64,000 nt of DNA from Patescibacteria group bacterium (GTDB taxonomy: Bacteria; Patescibacteriota; UBA1384; XYA2-FULL-43-10; 1-14-0-10-43-13). This document shows positions 51,051 through 60,666 of this stretch, in pieces. Location of the stretch: the NCBI GenBank assembly GCA_041674765.1, contig JBAYVE010000001.1, positions 70,177 through 134,176 of the forward strand, in the 5' to 3' direction. Positions within the stretch are counted from its first letter, which is position 1, and each line of letters opens with the position of its first letter. Made by a program: the position numbers and the translations under genes. Under the pieces are notes generated by a model. It did not search any database. It was not told the origin of the DNA and saw only the letters and a list, made by a program, of their open reading frames with translations.

Positions 51051-51755
51051 TTACAGCTCATCTTTTAGAATGTCATCGAGCTCTTCGTTGAGCTTGGATA
51101 GTCTTTCTGCTTCATCGGCAGAATCTTTCTTTTTGGCTGTCTTCTTGACCGGCTTTTCTGCTACAGTTTTTTCTTTCTTTTCCTCAACTTTTTCTTTCTT
51201 GATGACCTTCGTTTTCTTTTCGGTTTTTGGCTTTTCTGTTTCTACTTCTTCTTTTTCTTCAACTTTTGCTTCTTTGACAGGTTCTGTAGCTTCTGCCTGA
51301 GCAGGTTCTTCTTCTGCGGCCACGGCCTTTTCGTCACGTTTGGCCATCAGATCCTTGCTTTCATCAGTTTCACCCTCGATGGCTTCAAATGATTTTTCCC
51401 CACCGACTACATTTTCAATTTCTTCGGTCTGAGCGATTTCTTCCGAAGAAAGTGAAAGTGCCTCATGACCTAGATCTTTCACAATGATCAATTGGCGGAC
51501 TACCTCTGTCATAAGTCGAACATCTCGGTCAAATTCCTTCATCTTTTCAGCGGGAAGGTCGAAATTAAGGGTTACATAGGTAGCAAACTCCTGTTTAGCA
51601 ATAGGATAGGCGAGCTTGCGTCTGCCCCAAATTTCTTCCTTAGCAGCTTTACCGCCAAGCTCTGAAATTAAACCGCCAATTTTGCCGGTTACTTTGTTTA
51701 AATCACTCTCCGGTACCTTATCAGAAATAAGGTACGTCATTTCGTACTTTCTCAA
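51051..51755 (-). CDS. rpsF: 30S ribosomal protein bS6 with a long charged C-terminal extension
   Basis: KYEMTYLI, WGRRKLAYPI and VVRQLIIV motifs; ~135-aa E/K-rich tail; rpsF-ssb-rpsR gene order. Confidence 0.93.
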   Translation of the reverse strand: MRKYEMTYLISDKVPESDLNKVTGKIGGLISELGGKAAKEEIWGRRKLAYPIAKQEFATYVTLNFDLPAEKMKEFDRDVRLMTEVVRQLIIVKDLGHEALSLSSEEIAQTEEIENVVGGEKSFEAIEGETDESKDLMAKRDEKAVAAEEEPAQAEATEPVKEAKVEEKEEVETEKPKTEKKTKVIKKEKVEEKKEKTVAEKPVKKTAKKKDSADEAERLSKLNEELDDILKDEL

Positions 51756-51786
51756 GATTCTCCTTTCACGGCGCTAGCATTTCAAC

Positions 51787-51813
51787 TGTCATTCCGGACT
51801 TGATCCGGAATCT
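51787..51813. repeat. Half REP-like element in the rpsF leader
   Basis: TGTCATTCCGGACTTGATCCGGAATCT, the same family as the left end of the cca insert. Confidence 0.8.
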
Positions 51814-51895
51814 ATTGAATAGTTTAAGTCCAATTTAGTTCGGACGCTAGCTCTTCCTATCTCTAGGAAGAAAAAGTTAATTAATTTGTAAGCTC

Positions 51896-51924
51896 ATAAT
51901 AGCAGAAATTCTTCCTTGCGTCAA
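51896..51924 (-). promoter_or_regulatory. Sigma70 promoter of the rpsF operon
   Basis: TTGACG-17 nt-TATTAT on the minus strand. Confidence 0.65.
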
Positions 51925-51956
51925 ATAAAATGATTTCTAATTAATGTATATGTGCA

Positions 51957-52925
51957 TTATCGCACTAATACAGTTTTATCGCTTTTTTCTAATATTTTCT
52001 TTGCCTTCGCGATCTCTTCCTCAGTCGGCGGCTTGATTCCTTCCAATGGATATTTCCAGCCAAGCTTCTCATATTTATCAACTCCCAAAGTATGGTAGGG
52101 GAGAATTTCAATTCTGTCTAGATTTTTGAAACGCCCCACCACCTGGGCCGTTTCCTCTAAATATTTCTTTTGATCGGTGTAGCCAGGGACTAGTACATAG
52201 CGGATCCAAACTGGCTTGTTGATTGACTCTAGATAATTTAAGAATTCGATCGCCGGCACGCAATCGTTATTGCTCGATTGTTCAATTGTTCCATTGTTAT
52301 TGTCATCCTCGGGACCGGCGGTGCTCTTGAGAGTGGTGTCCGGGGATCCATTTTGGTTGCTATTGATTATTTGCTCTTCAATTTTGCGGATTCCTGCCTT
52401 CACAGGAATGACAGGTAAATTTGTTGATGCTGGTATTAATGCTGTGTTGGGATCCTGAAACGAGTTCAGGGTGACACCACTATTTTGCCCTTTGCTTTTT
52501 GCCTTTTGAGTTACGATATCGTGCCAAAGCGGATTGATATGTTTAATATCAAGCAAGACTAGATCGGTATACCGAAGCAACTCTTTGATAGAATTATTTA
52601 ATATCGATCCATTCGTATCTAGAGCGGTGTGAATGCCCAAGGATTTGAGTTCCTTGAATAGTTCAAGAATCTCATCCGCTTGTAGAAGCGGCTCTCCGCC
52701 GGAAACCGTAACTCCGCCATTTTTACCAAAATAGGGAATACTATTTTTGATTTTAGTAATTAATTGCTCTCTTTCGCCTTTTTGCTTTTTACTTTTAACT
52801 TTTATTGCTTGGCTATCCGGATTGTGGCAATAAAGACATTTGTAATTACAGCCTTGCGCAAAGATAACAAAGCGGATGCCAGGTCCTTCGTGGGTGCCAA
52901 ATGTTTCGATCGAGTGGATATTCAT
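51957..52925 (-). CDS. pflA: Pyruvate formate-lyase activating enzyme (radical SAM) with an ~80-aa repeat-derived insert
   Basis: IHSIETFGTHEGPGIRF, CNYKCLYCHNPD, SGGEPLLQ, DTNG, WIRYVLVPG and ILPYHTLG motifs. Start re-placed at ATG 52925. Confidence 0.92.
   Translation of the reverse strand: MNIHSIETFGTHEGPGIRFVIFAQGCNYKCLYCHNPDSQAIKVKSKKQKGEREQLITKIKNSIPYFGKNGGVTVSGGEPLLQADEILELFKELKSLGIHTALDTNGSILNNSIKELLRYTDLVLLDIKHINPLWHDIVTQKAKSKGQNSGVTLNSFQDPNTALIPASTNLPVIPVKAGIRKIEEQIINSNQNGSPDTTLKSTAGPEDDNNNGTIEQSSNNDCVPAIEFLNYLESINKPVWIRYVLVPGYTDQKKYLEETAQVVGRFKNLDRIEILPYHTLGVDKYEKLGWKYPLEGIKPPTEEEIAKAKKILEKSDKTVLVR
52263..52508 (-). repeat. Multi-module in-frame insert in pflA (7-mer array, three TGTCA-type palindromes, 8-mer array)
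   Basis: Modules at 52483-52508, 52449-52476, 52388-52413, 52301-52350 and 52266-52300. Confidence 0.85.
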
Positions 52926-52951
52926 TGGTAAGATTACCCGTATCGCGTAAT

Positions 52952-53030
52952 TGTCATTGCGAGGAGTGAATCTTGCGACGTGGCAATCCATCAGTATGAT
53001 AGATTGCCACGCAAGTACACTCGCAATGAC
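52952..53030. repeat. RPE/REP-like palindromic element between pflB and pflA
   Basis: TGTCATTGCGAG...CGTGGCAATC ... GATTGCCACG...CTCGCAATGAC. Confidence 0.85.
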
Positions 53031-53088
53031 GCAGGAAGTGAATTACGGAAACAGTGGTAAATATTAAAACATTTTATTAAGTATCCAA

Positions 53089-55308
53089 TTAAAGTGAATG
53101 GTGAAAAGTACGTTTCAAGACTTCCTCTTGGTGCTTCTTTGATAACTTGACGAAGTTTACAGCATAACCAGAAACTCTGATAGTGAGCTGGGGATAGAGT
53201 TCAGGATGATCCATTGCGTCAATTAGTGTTTCACGGTTTAAAACATTGACGTTTAGGTGATGGGCATTTTTTGAAAAATATCCAGATAAAAGAGCGGTTA
53301 AATTTTCTTTTTGCTCTTCTAGGTCGGCGCCTAGAGTGTGAGGCGTGATGGAAAAGGTATTTGAAATGCCGTCATTGGCGTCCTTGTAACCAAGCTTTGC
53401 AACCGAGTTTAGTGAAGCGATTGCTCCTGAATTATCCCTGCCATGCATCGGATTTGCCCCGGGTGCGAATGGTTCGCCAGCTTTGCGTCCGTCCGGAGTA
53501 GCGCCAGTTTTCTTACCGTATACAACATTGGAAGTGATGGTCAGAATAGATAGTGTTGGCTTTGCGTCTCTATAGATATGGTGCTTTTGAAGCTCCGTTT
53601 TGAAGCTGGCGACTACTTTTTGAGTAATATTATCTATTTGGTCGTCGTCATTGCCGTATTTGGGGAAATCACCTATGACTTCAAAATCAATAGCAAGACC
53701 ATCCTCGTTCCGGATCGGTTTGACTTTGGCATATTTGATAGCGGATAGAGAATCGGCCACAACAGAGAGGCCGGCGGCGCCAAATGCCATCACTCTAAAT
53801 GGCTTAGAATCCAAAAGTGCCATCTGTGCCCGCTCGTAATAATATTTGTCGTGCATGTAGTGAATGATATTCATAGTGTCCACATACATCTCAGCAATTT
53901 TTGCGGAGGTTCTCTTGTAGTTTTCCCAAACCTGCTCAAAATCCAAATATTCACTATCCAATTTCTCAATATTATCAACAATTTTTGTTCCTTTTACCTC
54001 GTCTCTCCCGCCATTTATCGCTAGAAGAAGTGTTTTAGCGAGATTGCATCGAGCCCCGAAGTATTGCATCATTTTGCCGGTCTTAAGCAGGGACACACAG
54101 CATGAAATACCATAATCGTCATAGCCGTATTCTTCCCTCATCAAATCATCGTTCTCATACTGAATCGATGAGGTGTCGATCGAGACTTTAGCTGCAAATT
54201 TCTGAAAATTTTTAGGTAAATTTTTGCTCCAAAGAACGGTAAGATTTGGTTCGGGCGAAGGCCCTAAATTATAAAGTGTTTGCAAGAAGCGGTACGTAGT
54301 TTTTGTTACCTTGTGCTGGCCATTTTGCCAAGAACCGCCAAGGGATTCGGTCAGCCAAGCAGGATCTCCGGCAAAAAGATCATTATACTCACCGGCTCTG
54401 AGATGGCGGACTAGCCTTAGTTTAATAATGAATTGGTCTACAAGTTCCTGTGCCTCTTCCTCAGTCAATTTTTTATTGGCGATATCATTCTCTATGAAAA
54501 CATCGAAGAATGAGCTTACGTTCCCAAGGCTCATTGCGGCGCCGTCTTGTTCTTTTAGGGCTGCCAAGTAGGCGAAATACGTCCATTGAATCGCTTCTTT
54601 TGCATTTTTAGCCGGCGTCGAGATATCAAATCCATATTCAGCTGCCATAGATTTGATCATCGAGAGAGCCTTGATTTGCTCTGAGACTTCTTCGCGCAGC
54701 CTGATCAGCTCATCGGTCATAGAACCATCTAAAATTATTTTATCCTTCTCTTTTTCTTCGATAAGTTTATCGATGCCGAAGAGAGCAACCCGGCGGTAAT
54801 CACCAATAATTCTTCCTCTAGCGTAATTGTCAGGGAGTCCGGTGAGGATGCCGAGAGAGCGGAGGTTTCTGATTTCGGGAGTATAGACATCAAAAACACC
54901 GTCATTGTGAGTCTTTCGGTATTTGGTGCATATCGACACTATTTCCGGATTTATTTGGCGGTTGTACTCTTCACAAGCCTTGGCAGCCACTCTGATACCG
55001 CCAAATGGTTTCACGGCTCGCTTCAACGGCTCATCTGTCTGGATACCGACTATTTCCTCCAAATCTTTTTCGATATAGCCAGGGCGGTGGCTCGTGATCG
55101 TTGAGATTGTTTCTGTATCGATATCTAGGACGTTGCCGAAAGAATCTCTCTCTTTGGTAAGCAAATCCTTGCATTTACTCCATAGTTTCTGAGTTTTTTT
55201 ACTCGCGCCGACCAAAAATGTTTCGTCTCCATCATAAGGGGTAATATTTTCAAAAATAAAATCCCGTACATCAATTTCTTCTTGCCACTTTTTACCTTTA
55301 AAAGACAC
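53089..55308 (-). CDS. pflB: Pyruvate formate-lyase
   Basis: [41 protein letters not shown] and the glycyl-radical motif IRVSGYAV. Confidence 0.97.
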   Translation of the reverse strand: MSFKGKKWQEEIDVRDFIFENITPYDGDETFLVGASKKTQKLWSKCKDLLTKERDSFGNVLDIDTETISTITSHRPGYIEKDLEEIVGIQTDEPLKRAVKPFGGIRVAAKACEEYNRQINPEIVSICTKYRKTHNDGVFDVYTPEIRNLRSLGILTGLPDNYARGRIIGDYRRVALFGIDKLIEEKEKDKIILDGSMTDELIRLREEVSEQIKALSMIKSMAAEYGFDISTPAKNAKEAIQWTYFAYLAALKEQDGAAMSLGNVSSFFDVFIENDIANKKLTEEEAQELVDQFIIKLRLVRHLRAGEYNDLFAGDPAWLTESLGGSWQNGQHKVTKTTYRFLQTLYNLGPSPEPNLTVLWSKNLPKNFQKFAAKVSIDTSSIQYENDDLMREEYGYDDYGISCCVSLLKTGKMMQYFGARCNLAKTLLLAINGGRDEVKGTKIVDNIEKLDSEYLDFEQVWENYKRTSAKIAEMYVDTMNIIHYMHDKYYYERAQMALLDSKPFRVMAFGAAGLSVVADSLSAIKYAKVKPIRNEDGLAIDFEVIGDFPKYGNDDDQIDNITQKVVASFKTELQKHHIYRDAKPTLSILTITSNVVYGKKTGATPDGRKAGEPFAPGANPMHGRDNSGAIASLNSVAKLGYKDANDGISNTFSITPHTLGADLEEQKENLTALLSGYFSKNAHHLNVNVLNRETLIDAMDHPELYPQLTIRVSGYAVNFVKLSKKHQEEVLKRTFHHSL

Positions 55309-55373
55309 AAAAGCTCCGTTTGTTTAATTATTTTTATTTGATTCGTTTTATAAAAATTGCCATTCGTTTGAAT

Positions 55374-56456
55374 TTAGACATTGAAGCGAAATACCACCAC
55401 ATCGCCGTCGCGCATGATATAGGTCTTGCCCTCTGTGCGGACCAAGCCTTTAGACTTTGCATTTGTCCAAGTTCCGGCATCAAGCAAATCTTTCCAATTG
55501 ACGATCTCGGCAGCAATAAAACCACGCTCGAAATCACCGTGAATGACCCCGGCCGCCTTCGGCGCAGTATCTCCTTGATGAATAGTCCAAGCGCGAGTTT
55601 CGTCAGGGCCGGTAGTCAAATAAGTCTGGAGACCAAGCACTCTATATGCCTCTTTTATCAGACGATCGAGTCCCGAATCATCAATGCCTAGAGTTTCGAG
55701 ATATTCAGCCTTTTCTTCATCATTTAGCTCATTTAATTCAGCTTCAAGCTTGGCGGAGATTGGAATAAAATTAATTTCAATTTGCTTTTCACTTTCAGCT
55801 TTCAGCTTTTCGCTCAATTGTTCCTCGGAACAATTAGAGATATAAATAATCGGCTTCTGAGTTATTAACCCCAGGCCTTTTAATGCATTCTTCTCAAATT
55901 CATCAAGTTTAGCTTCCCGGGCATTTTTACCTTCTTCCAGCAATTTATAAATCTTTTCGAGGCCTGATTTTGTATAAACAGCTTCCTTATTGTTTCCCTT
56001 CAATTCCTTCTCGACCGCAGAAAGCCTTTTCTCGACGGTAGCAAGGTCGGCTAATTGCAATTCGGTTTCAATGGTTGCAATATCATCCATCGGATCGATT
56101 TTACCCTCGACATGAGTCACGTTTTCGTCAGCGAAAAACCGGACGACCATACCGATCGCATCACATTCTCTGATATGAGCCAGGAATTGATTGCCAAGGC
56201 CCTCGCCTTTCGAAGCGCCGCGGACGAGCCCGGCGATATCGACGAATTCCACGACTGCTGGTACGATTTTCTTCGATTTTGACATCTCTGCGAGAGGCTT
56301 CAATCTTTCATCCGGGACTTCGACAATACCAACATTGGGCTCGATGGTGCAGAAGGGATAATTAGCCGCCTCTGCATGCGAACCTTTTATTAATGCGTTG
56401 AATAAAGTTGATTTACCTACGTTGGGCAAGCCAACAATTGCGATTTTAAGACTCAT
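55374..56456 (-). CDS. ychF: Redox-regulated ATPase YchF
   Basis: [45 protein letters not shown] and EGKTY.M.DGD motifs. Confidence 0.97.
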   Translation of the reverse strand: MSLKIAIVGLPNVGKSTLFNALIKGSHAEAANYPFCTIEPNVGIVEVPDERLKPLAEMSKSKKIVPAVVEFVDIAGLVRGASKGEGLGNQFLAHIRECDAIGMVVRFFADENVTHVEGKIDPMDDIATIETELQLADLATVEKRLSAVEKELKGNNKEAVYTKSGLEKIYKLLEEGKNAREAKLDEFEKNALKGLGLITQKPIIYISNCSEEQLSEKLKAESEKQIEINFIPISAKLEAELNELNDEEKAEYLETLGIDDSGLDRLIKEAYRVLGLQTYLTTGPDETRAWTIHQGDTAPKAAGVIHGDFERGFIAAEIVNWKDLLDAGTWTNAKSKGLVRTEGKTYIMRDGDVVVFRFNV

Positions 56457-56467
56457 AACAGCTCCTT

Positions 56468-56610
56468 TGTCATTCCTATTCCCGATCAGGTCGAGGGTAA
56501 AGCTCCGGCAGGAATCCAGTTAGATAATAAGGAATTGGATTCTGAATCAAGATACAGATCCCTCGGCTGTGCTCGGGACGACTGCGTCGGTTCAGGATGA
56601 CACTATTAAA
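56468..56610. repeat. Composite TGTCAT...ATGACA element upstream of ychF, same family as the cca insert
   Basis: Shares TTTGTCATTCC, GGAATCCAG, AAGGAATTGGAT and GGATGACACTATTAAA with 39078-39175. Contains a nested GATCCCTCGGC..GCTCGGGAC. Confidence 0.85.
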
Positions 56611-56657
56611 TAATGTCATTATTCTATCAGATTGAGCACAAAAAGTCACGTTTAATC

Positions 56658-56683
56658 AAACGCCCCACCCACATGGGGCGTTT
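56658..56683 (-). terminator. Intrinsic terminator
   Basis: AAACGCCCCA-cccaca-TGGGGCGTTT. Confidence 0.6.
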
Positions 56684-56701
56684 AAATGTTCGAGTGCCAA
56701 T

Positions 56702-57016
56702 TTATCCTTCAATAGAACTCAGTTTTCTTTTACTATAAGCGATGGATATCCAGACGGCGGTAGCCCAGAAGGCAAAAATAACTATTGTCATGGGGACGCC
56801 GTTTTTGATAATTTCGGTCCAAATTATATTTTTATCAGAAGTGAAAAAGGGAAAATAGGGGACGATTTCTCCATTTGCAATATGGTCGACAATCAACATG
56901 AGGACTCCACCCCACATCATCAAAAGCAGCCATTCCGGATGGTATTTGGCGGGAATCTTTTTCTTGATGGTTGTAACTACAAGTGCTGCCGTTGCCGGCG
57001 CTATTAGGCAAGCCAT
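56702..57016 (-). CDS. Small membrane protein
   Basis: Three TM segments; MACLIAP, MWGG.LML..DHI.NGE motifs; AAGGAG SD. Confidence 0.65.
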   Translation of the reverse strand: MACLIAPATAALVVTTIKKKIPAKYHPEWLLLMMWGGVLMLIVDHIANGEIVPYFPFFTSDKNIIWTEIIKNGVPMTIVIFAFWATAVWISIAYSKRKLSSIEG

Positions 57017-57124
57017 AATTATTCTCCTTAGATATTAAGATTATTAAGATATTATAGCTGGTTTGGGAATGTAAGATAAATAGTTAGACAAATCTAGCGG
57101 ATTCTGGTAGAACAAAAAAAGCAA

Positions 57125-57529
57125 ATGTTCATTTGTGGGAGGAATAACAACATGCCATCTGCCTTCTGTGATCTTGATACTGGCAGCGGGGTCGTACGGC
57201 TAGACCGGGAGTTCCTGACGAGGCTCGAGCAAGTCACTGAGAGACTGGGGCTTGGTACGGATTGCGAAGAAGCTCTTGTCTGTATCATCATGAATTGGCC
57301 GCTGTTGGCACCTGACAGATCCCTATATTATGTCCAAAGCATGGGGACTGTCCCCGGCCAGTTTCATCTCAGCGAAGCCCTGGTTCATATCCTGATTAAC
57401 AGGGCCTATCGAACTCGCGATAAGTCGATCCATTCGGCGGCTGAGATGCTGGAGCTCGCTCTCAACGATGAGCACTTTTATCGAGTCGTCGAGGGCAAAC
57501 CTCGTGACCTGCCAGTCTGGCTGCGGTGA
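57125..57529 (+). CDS. Hypothetical protein (higher GC)
   Basis: GGAGGA SD before ATG 57152; followed by a terminator. Confidence 0.5.
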   Translation: MFICGRNNNMPSAFCDLDTGSGVVRLDREFLTRLEQVTERLGLGTDCEEALVCIIMNWPLLAPDRSLYYVQSMGTVPGQFHLSEALVHILINRAYRTRDKSIHSAAEMLELALNDEHFYRVVEGKPRDLPVWLR

Positions 57530-57552
57530 CCCCGAAAAAACAAGTCTGCTCT

Positions 57553-57587
57553 GCTGGGATTCGGTCTATGACCGGTCCCGGCTTTTT
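57553..57587 (+). terminator. Intrinsic terminator
   Basis: GCTGGGAT.CGGTC-tat-GACCGGTCCCGGC followed by T5. Confidence 0.55.
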
Positions 57588-58296
57588 ATTTGTATATTGA
57601 GTTATAGAGGTCGTCTTCTTTGCTTATGATTAGGCTTTGCAATTCGTTATCTGAGGGATTGCGGTCTTGGAATTTGACGAATGGTAAATCTTCGATAATT
57701 GCCATCGGGGTTTGCTCGTTGCCTTCGCCCATTGCCACTACTGCGCTAGCGGCCAGACCGTCGGCAATATTGGCTTGCGATACTTCGAGCGGCCGATCGA
57801 AGAGATCAAGTTTGCCCCGATAATCATTTAATGCCTTAAAACCGGAGTGGGCGATGGCAACGCCGGTCGTACCCCAGCGAAGCGGTGAAGTTTTGCTATC
57901 AGTAATAATGACTCCGGCATGTTTTATTCCAAATCTTTCGATTAAATGTTGCCGAATCTGATTTGCTGAACTCTGAGGGTCTCTCGGCCAGAGAATGTAT
58001 TTGCCGTCTCCGTTTGATTCGTCAATGCCGGCAAGGGGGATTAGAATATCATTTTTTATCGTCAGGGGAATATCATACTTGTTCTTACTTTTTATCATAA
58101 AATCCGCCTCTTTTTGGATCAGTTTTTGCTTATCAATTTCGCCAATTTCTACGACATTGCCTTCACAAACGGAGATAATTTTGGAGGTGACTGCCAGAAC
58201 AGATCTATCGTTGAATTCGCGAAGGAATTGATCTAAAACTTCATAAATAGTATGACCTTTGGTAATCTTATCAGTTTTGATGGTTTCAATTTTCAT
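57586..58296 (-). CDS. CofE-like gamma-glutamyl ligase (FolC2/CT611-type)
   Basis: VTSKIISVCEG, AGIDESN, GVIITDS...PLRWG and MGEGNEQTP motifs. Confidence 0.8.
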   Translation of the reverse strand: MKIETIKTDKITKGHTIYEVLDQFLREFNDRSVLAVTSKIISVCEGNVVEIGEIDKQKLIQKEADFMIKSKNKYDIPLTIKNDILIPLAGIDESNGDGKYILWPRDPQSSANQIRQHLIERFGIKHAGVIITDSKTSPLRWGTTGVAIAHSGFKALNDYRGKLDLFDRPLEVSQANIADGLAASAVVAMGEGNEQTPMAIIEDLPFVKFQDRNPSDNELQSLIISKEDDLYNSIYK

Positions 58297-58313
58297 TTTC
58301 TTATTCCTGCATT

Positions 58314-58345
58314 TACTAAGTACTCAGTACTCAGAACTTAGAACT
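58314..58345. repeat. 7-mer tandem array
   Basis: tactaag tactcag tactcag aacttag aact. Confidence 0.6.
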
Positions 58346-58350
58346 ACTGT

Positions 58351-59007
58351 TTACCACTTCTTTTCTTTTTTTAACCAATTAACGCCCAAATAGACAAACG
58401 GCGTTTCCAAAATTGACATCAAAGATTTAAGAAGCCAATAGGGAAGGATCAACCCTAAGAGGAAGCCTAGATTGTCTCCGAATGGCTTGCCGATGGTGTA
58501 GAAAGCAAGAATCATAAAGATAGAGGTGTCAAAAAATTGGGCGATGATATTAGAAGCATTTGTCCGCAGCCAGAGAGATTTTTGCCCTAATTTTTCTCGA
58601 AGTTTACTGAAGATGAAAATATCGAGGAATTCGGCAAAGGCAAAGGCCATTAGGCTAGCAAGAGATATTCTAATTGATTTTGTGAAAATGTCGTCGTAAG
58701 CTCTCTCGGATCCGGCAAATCGAGCTGACGGCGGAAGGATAGTGGCTAGAATGGAAAAACCGACGAGCAGGGCAACGACAAAAAGGGAAGACCAGACAAT
58801 GCTTCGAGCTCTTTCTTTGCCGTGAACTTCGACGATGATATCATTGACCAGATAAATAATTGGGATGACGAAGATCGCGACTGAGGCGTTCAGTTTTAAA
58901 CCAAAAATTTGAAATAGAGGAAAAGTCTTTGCTCCCATTAATTCTGAAGCGATGACGCAAAAAATGTAAATTGCGATCAGAAGATCAAATCTCTTAATTT
59001 TTGGCAT
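58351..59007 (-). CDS. Queuosine precursor transporter (YhhQ/Vut_1 family)
   Basis: DIIVEVHG...AR, ASLMAF...EFLD, WLRTNASNI.AQFFDT and ETPFVY motifs. Confidence 0.85.
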   Translation of the reverse strand: MPKIKRFDLLIAIYIFCVIASELMGAKTFPLFQIFGLKLNASVAIFVIPIIYLVNDIIVEVHGKERARSIVWSSLFVVALLVGFSILATILPPSARFAGSERAYDDIFTKSIRISLASLMAFAFAEFLDIFIFSKLREKLGQKSLWLRTNASNIIAQFFDTSIFMILAFYTIGKPFGDNLGFLLGLILPYWLLKSLMSILETPFVYLGVNWLKKEKKW

Positions 59008-59264
59008 ATGAATCTTTCCGGCATAGCAAAAATAGCAATTTCTTGCCTTGCCTAGTTAGTTTTGATTTAATTTCGAACTTAAGCCCTCGAGTAATTTATG
59101 TGTGAATAAAATATATCGCCAGATCTAGTAAAATGCAAGGCCTTGTCGTAATTAATCAATCGGCGCATTTCTATTTCGGGAAATAGTGATTACTCGTTAG
59201 CCCGAAGAAACGATCGGTTGAAGATAACTTTCGGAGACGGACCTTGCGTCCGGAAAGGGGATTT

Positions 59265-59351
59265 ATGCCTTCGAGAATCAAGAAATTACGCCTCAAGAAG
59301 TATAAAATCAAAGTTAAGAGAGAACAAAAACGGCGACTGAAGAAGAAGTAA
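59265..59351 (+). CDS. Unannotated 28-aa highly basic peptide (bS22/mS38/eL41-like ribosomal protein candidate)
   Basis: MPSRIKKLRLKKYKIKVKREQKRRLKKK; GAAAGGGG SD; downstream terminator at 59369-59405. Confidence 0.65.
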   Translation: MPSRIKKLRLKKYKIKVKREQKRRLKKK

Positions 59352-59368
59352 ATCTGTCCAAGGTATAC

Positions 59369-59405
59369 GCCGGAGCCTTTCTTTTCGATTGGTTTTGGCT
59401 TTTTT
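59369..59405 (+). terminator. Terminator after the small basic ORF
   Basis: GCCGGAGCC ... GGTTTTGGC (with G-U pairs) followed by T6. Confidence 0.5.
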
Positions 59406-59453
59406 ATATGTTACTTGCTTTAAATTTGTGCTTGTTTAGTCTATGATCTATTT

Positions 59454-60629
59454 ATGAAAAATATAGAGAAAAGATCCCTCGACAGGCTCGGGACAAAACC
59501 GAAGGTTTTGACTTTAGTACTGATCGATTCAAACGCTATCATCCACCGGGCATATCATGCCTTACCGAAGACGATGAGGACGCGGAAGGGTGAATATACC
59601 AATGCTGTTTACGGTTTTGTGACTACATTTATCAAGGTTTTGGAGGATTTAAAACCGGATTATATCGCCGCTTCTTTTGATATTTCCAAGGCAACATTTC
59701 GCTTGGCAGAATACGCTGAATACAAAGCACACAGAGTTGCGGCCGATCAGGAGCTTTACGATCAAATTCCCAGAGTAAAGGAATTTCTGGAAACAGTTGG
59801 GGTGCCTATCTATGTTCAGGAAGGGTTCGAGGCAGACGACGTGATAGGGACAATCGCGGCAAAATTACAAATTACAAATAACAAATACCAAATAAATTCT
59901 AAAGATCAAATTCCAAACAAAGAAGATTTCAAAGTCTTTATTGTCACCGGTGACAAGGATGCCTTTCAGCTCATTGACGGTAATATTTTCGTCTATAATT
60001 TGAAACATGGTCTGCAATCGGCTCAAATCGTTGATCGGGCTGTAATTAAAGAAGAATGGGGTTTGGATCCAGAGGATTTTATAGACTTGAAAGCCCTTGC
60101 CGGCGATCCGTCTGACAATATTCCCGGAGTTCCGGGGATTGGTCCTAAAACGGCGATAGATTTGCTGCAAAGATTTGATACACTGGAGAAATTGTATGAG
60201 AAAATTGCTGAAATATCCAACGCCCAATATTCAACAACCAATCAAGTATCAAATTCCAAATCTCAAGTTTTGGATGTTGAAAAAATGAATGGAGGTTGTA
60301 ATTTGGAGGTTGAAGATTTACCAAGCATTCTTATTAAAATTGAAAAAGAGATGAATATAAGGCAAAGAATCGCAAAGCTTCTTTTCGAGTATAAGGATCA
60401 GGCCTTCTTGTCTCAAAGATTAGCAACTATACGCCGTGATGTGCCGGTTGATTTCAAACTTAAAGATTGTGAGTGGGGGGATTATGACAAGGGCAAGTTA
60501 ATCGAGTTCTTCAAAGAGGTGCAATTTACTTCATTGCTAAAAAGATTTGGCGTTATTCCTGCAGATGAACCAAAAACAAAAGAAGCGAAGGCGCAAAAAG
60601 AAAAAGACGATCAACTGAAACTGCTTTAG
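59454..60629 (+). CDS. Stand-alone 5'-3' exonuclease (N-terminal domain of PolI) with repeat-derived inserts
   Basis: LIDSNAIIHRAYHA, TNAVYGF, YKAHR, EADDVIGT, VTGDKD and GDPSDNIPGVPGIGPKTA motifs; ends DDQLKLL. Confidence 0.9.
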   Translation: MKNIEKRSLDRLGTKPKVLTLVLIDSNAIIHRAYHALPKTMRTRKGEYTNAVYGFVTTFIKVLEDLKPDYIAASFDISKATFRLAEYAEYKAHRVAADQELYDQIPRVKEFLETVGVPIYVQEGFEADDVIGTIAAKLQITNNKYQINSKDQIPNKEDFKVFIVTGDKDAFQLIDGNIFVYNLKHGLQSAQIVDRAVIKEEWGLDPEDFIDLKALAGDPSDNIPGVPGIGPKTAIDLLQRFDTLEKLYEKIAEISNAQYSTTNQVSNSKSQVLDVEKMNGGCNLEVEDLPSILIKIEKEMNIRQRIAKLLFEYKDQAFLSQRLATIRRDVPVDFKLKDCEWGDYDKGKLIEFFKEVQFTSLLKRFGVIPADEPKTKEAKAQKEKDDQLKLL

Positions 60630-60666
60630 ATCTCAGCAGTAATTTCTAATTAAATCTAAATTCCAA

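Noticed and set aside
52926-52991. N-terminal extension of PflA (MDCHVARFTPRND...)
   Set aside because: This is a translation of the palindromic element at 52952-53030. Homology starts at MNIHSIE.
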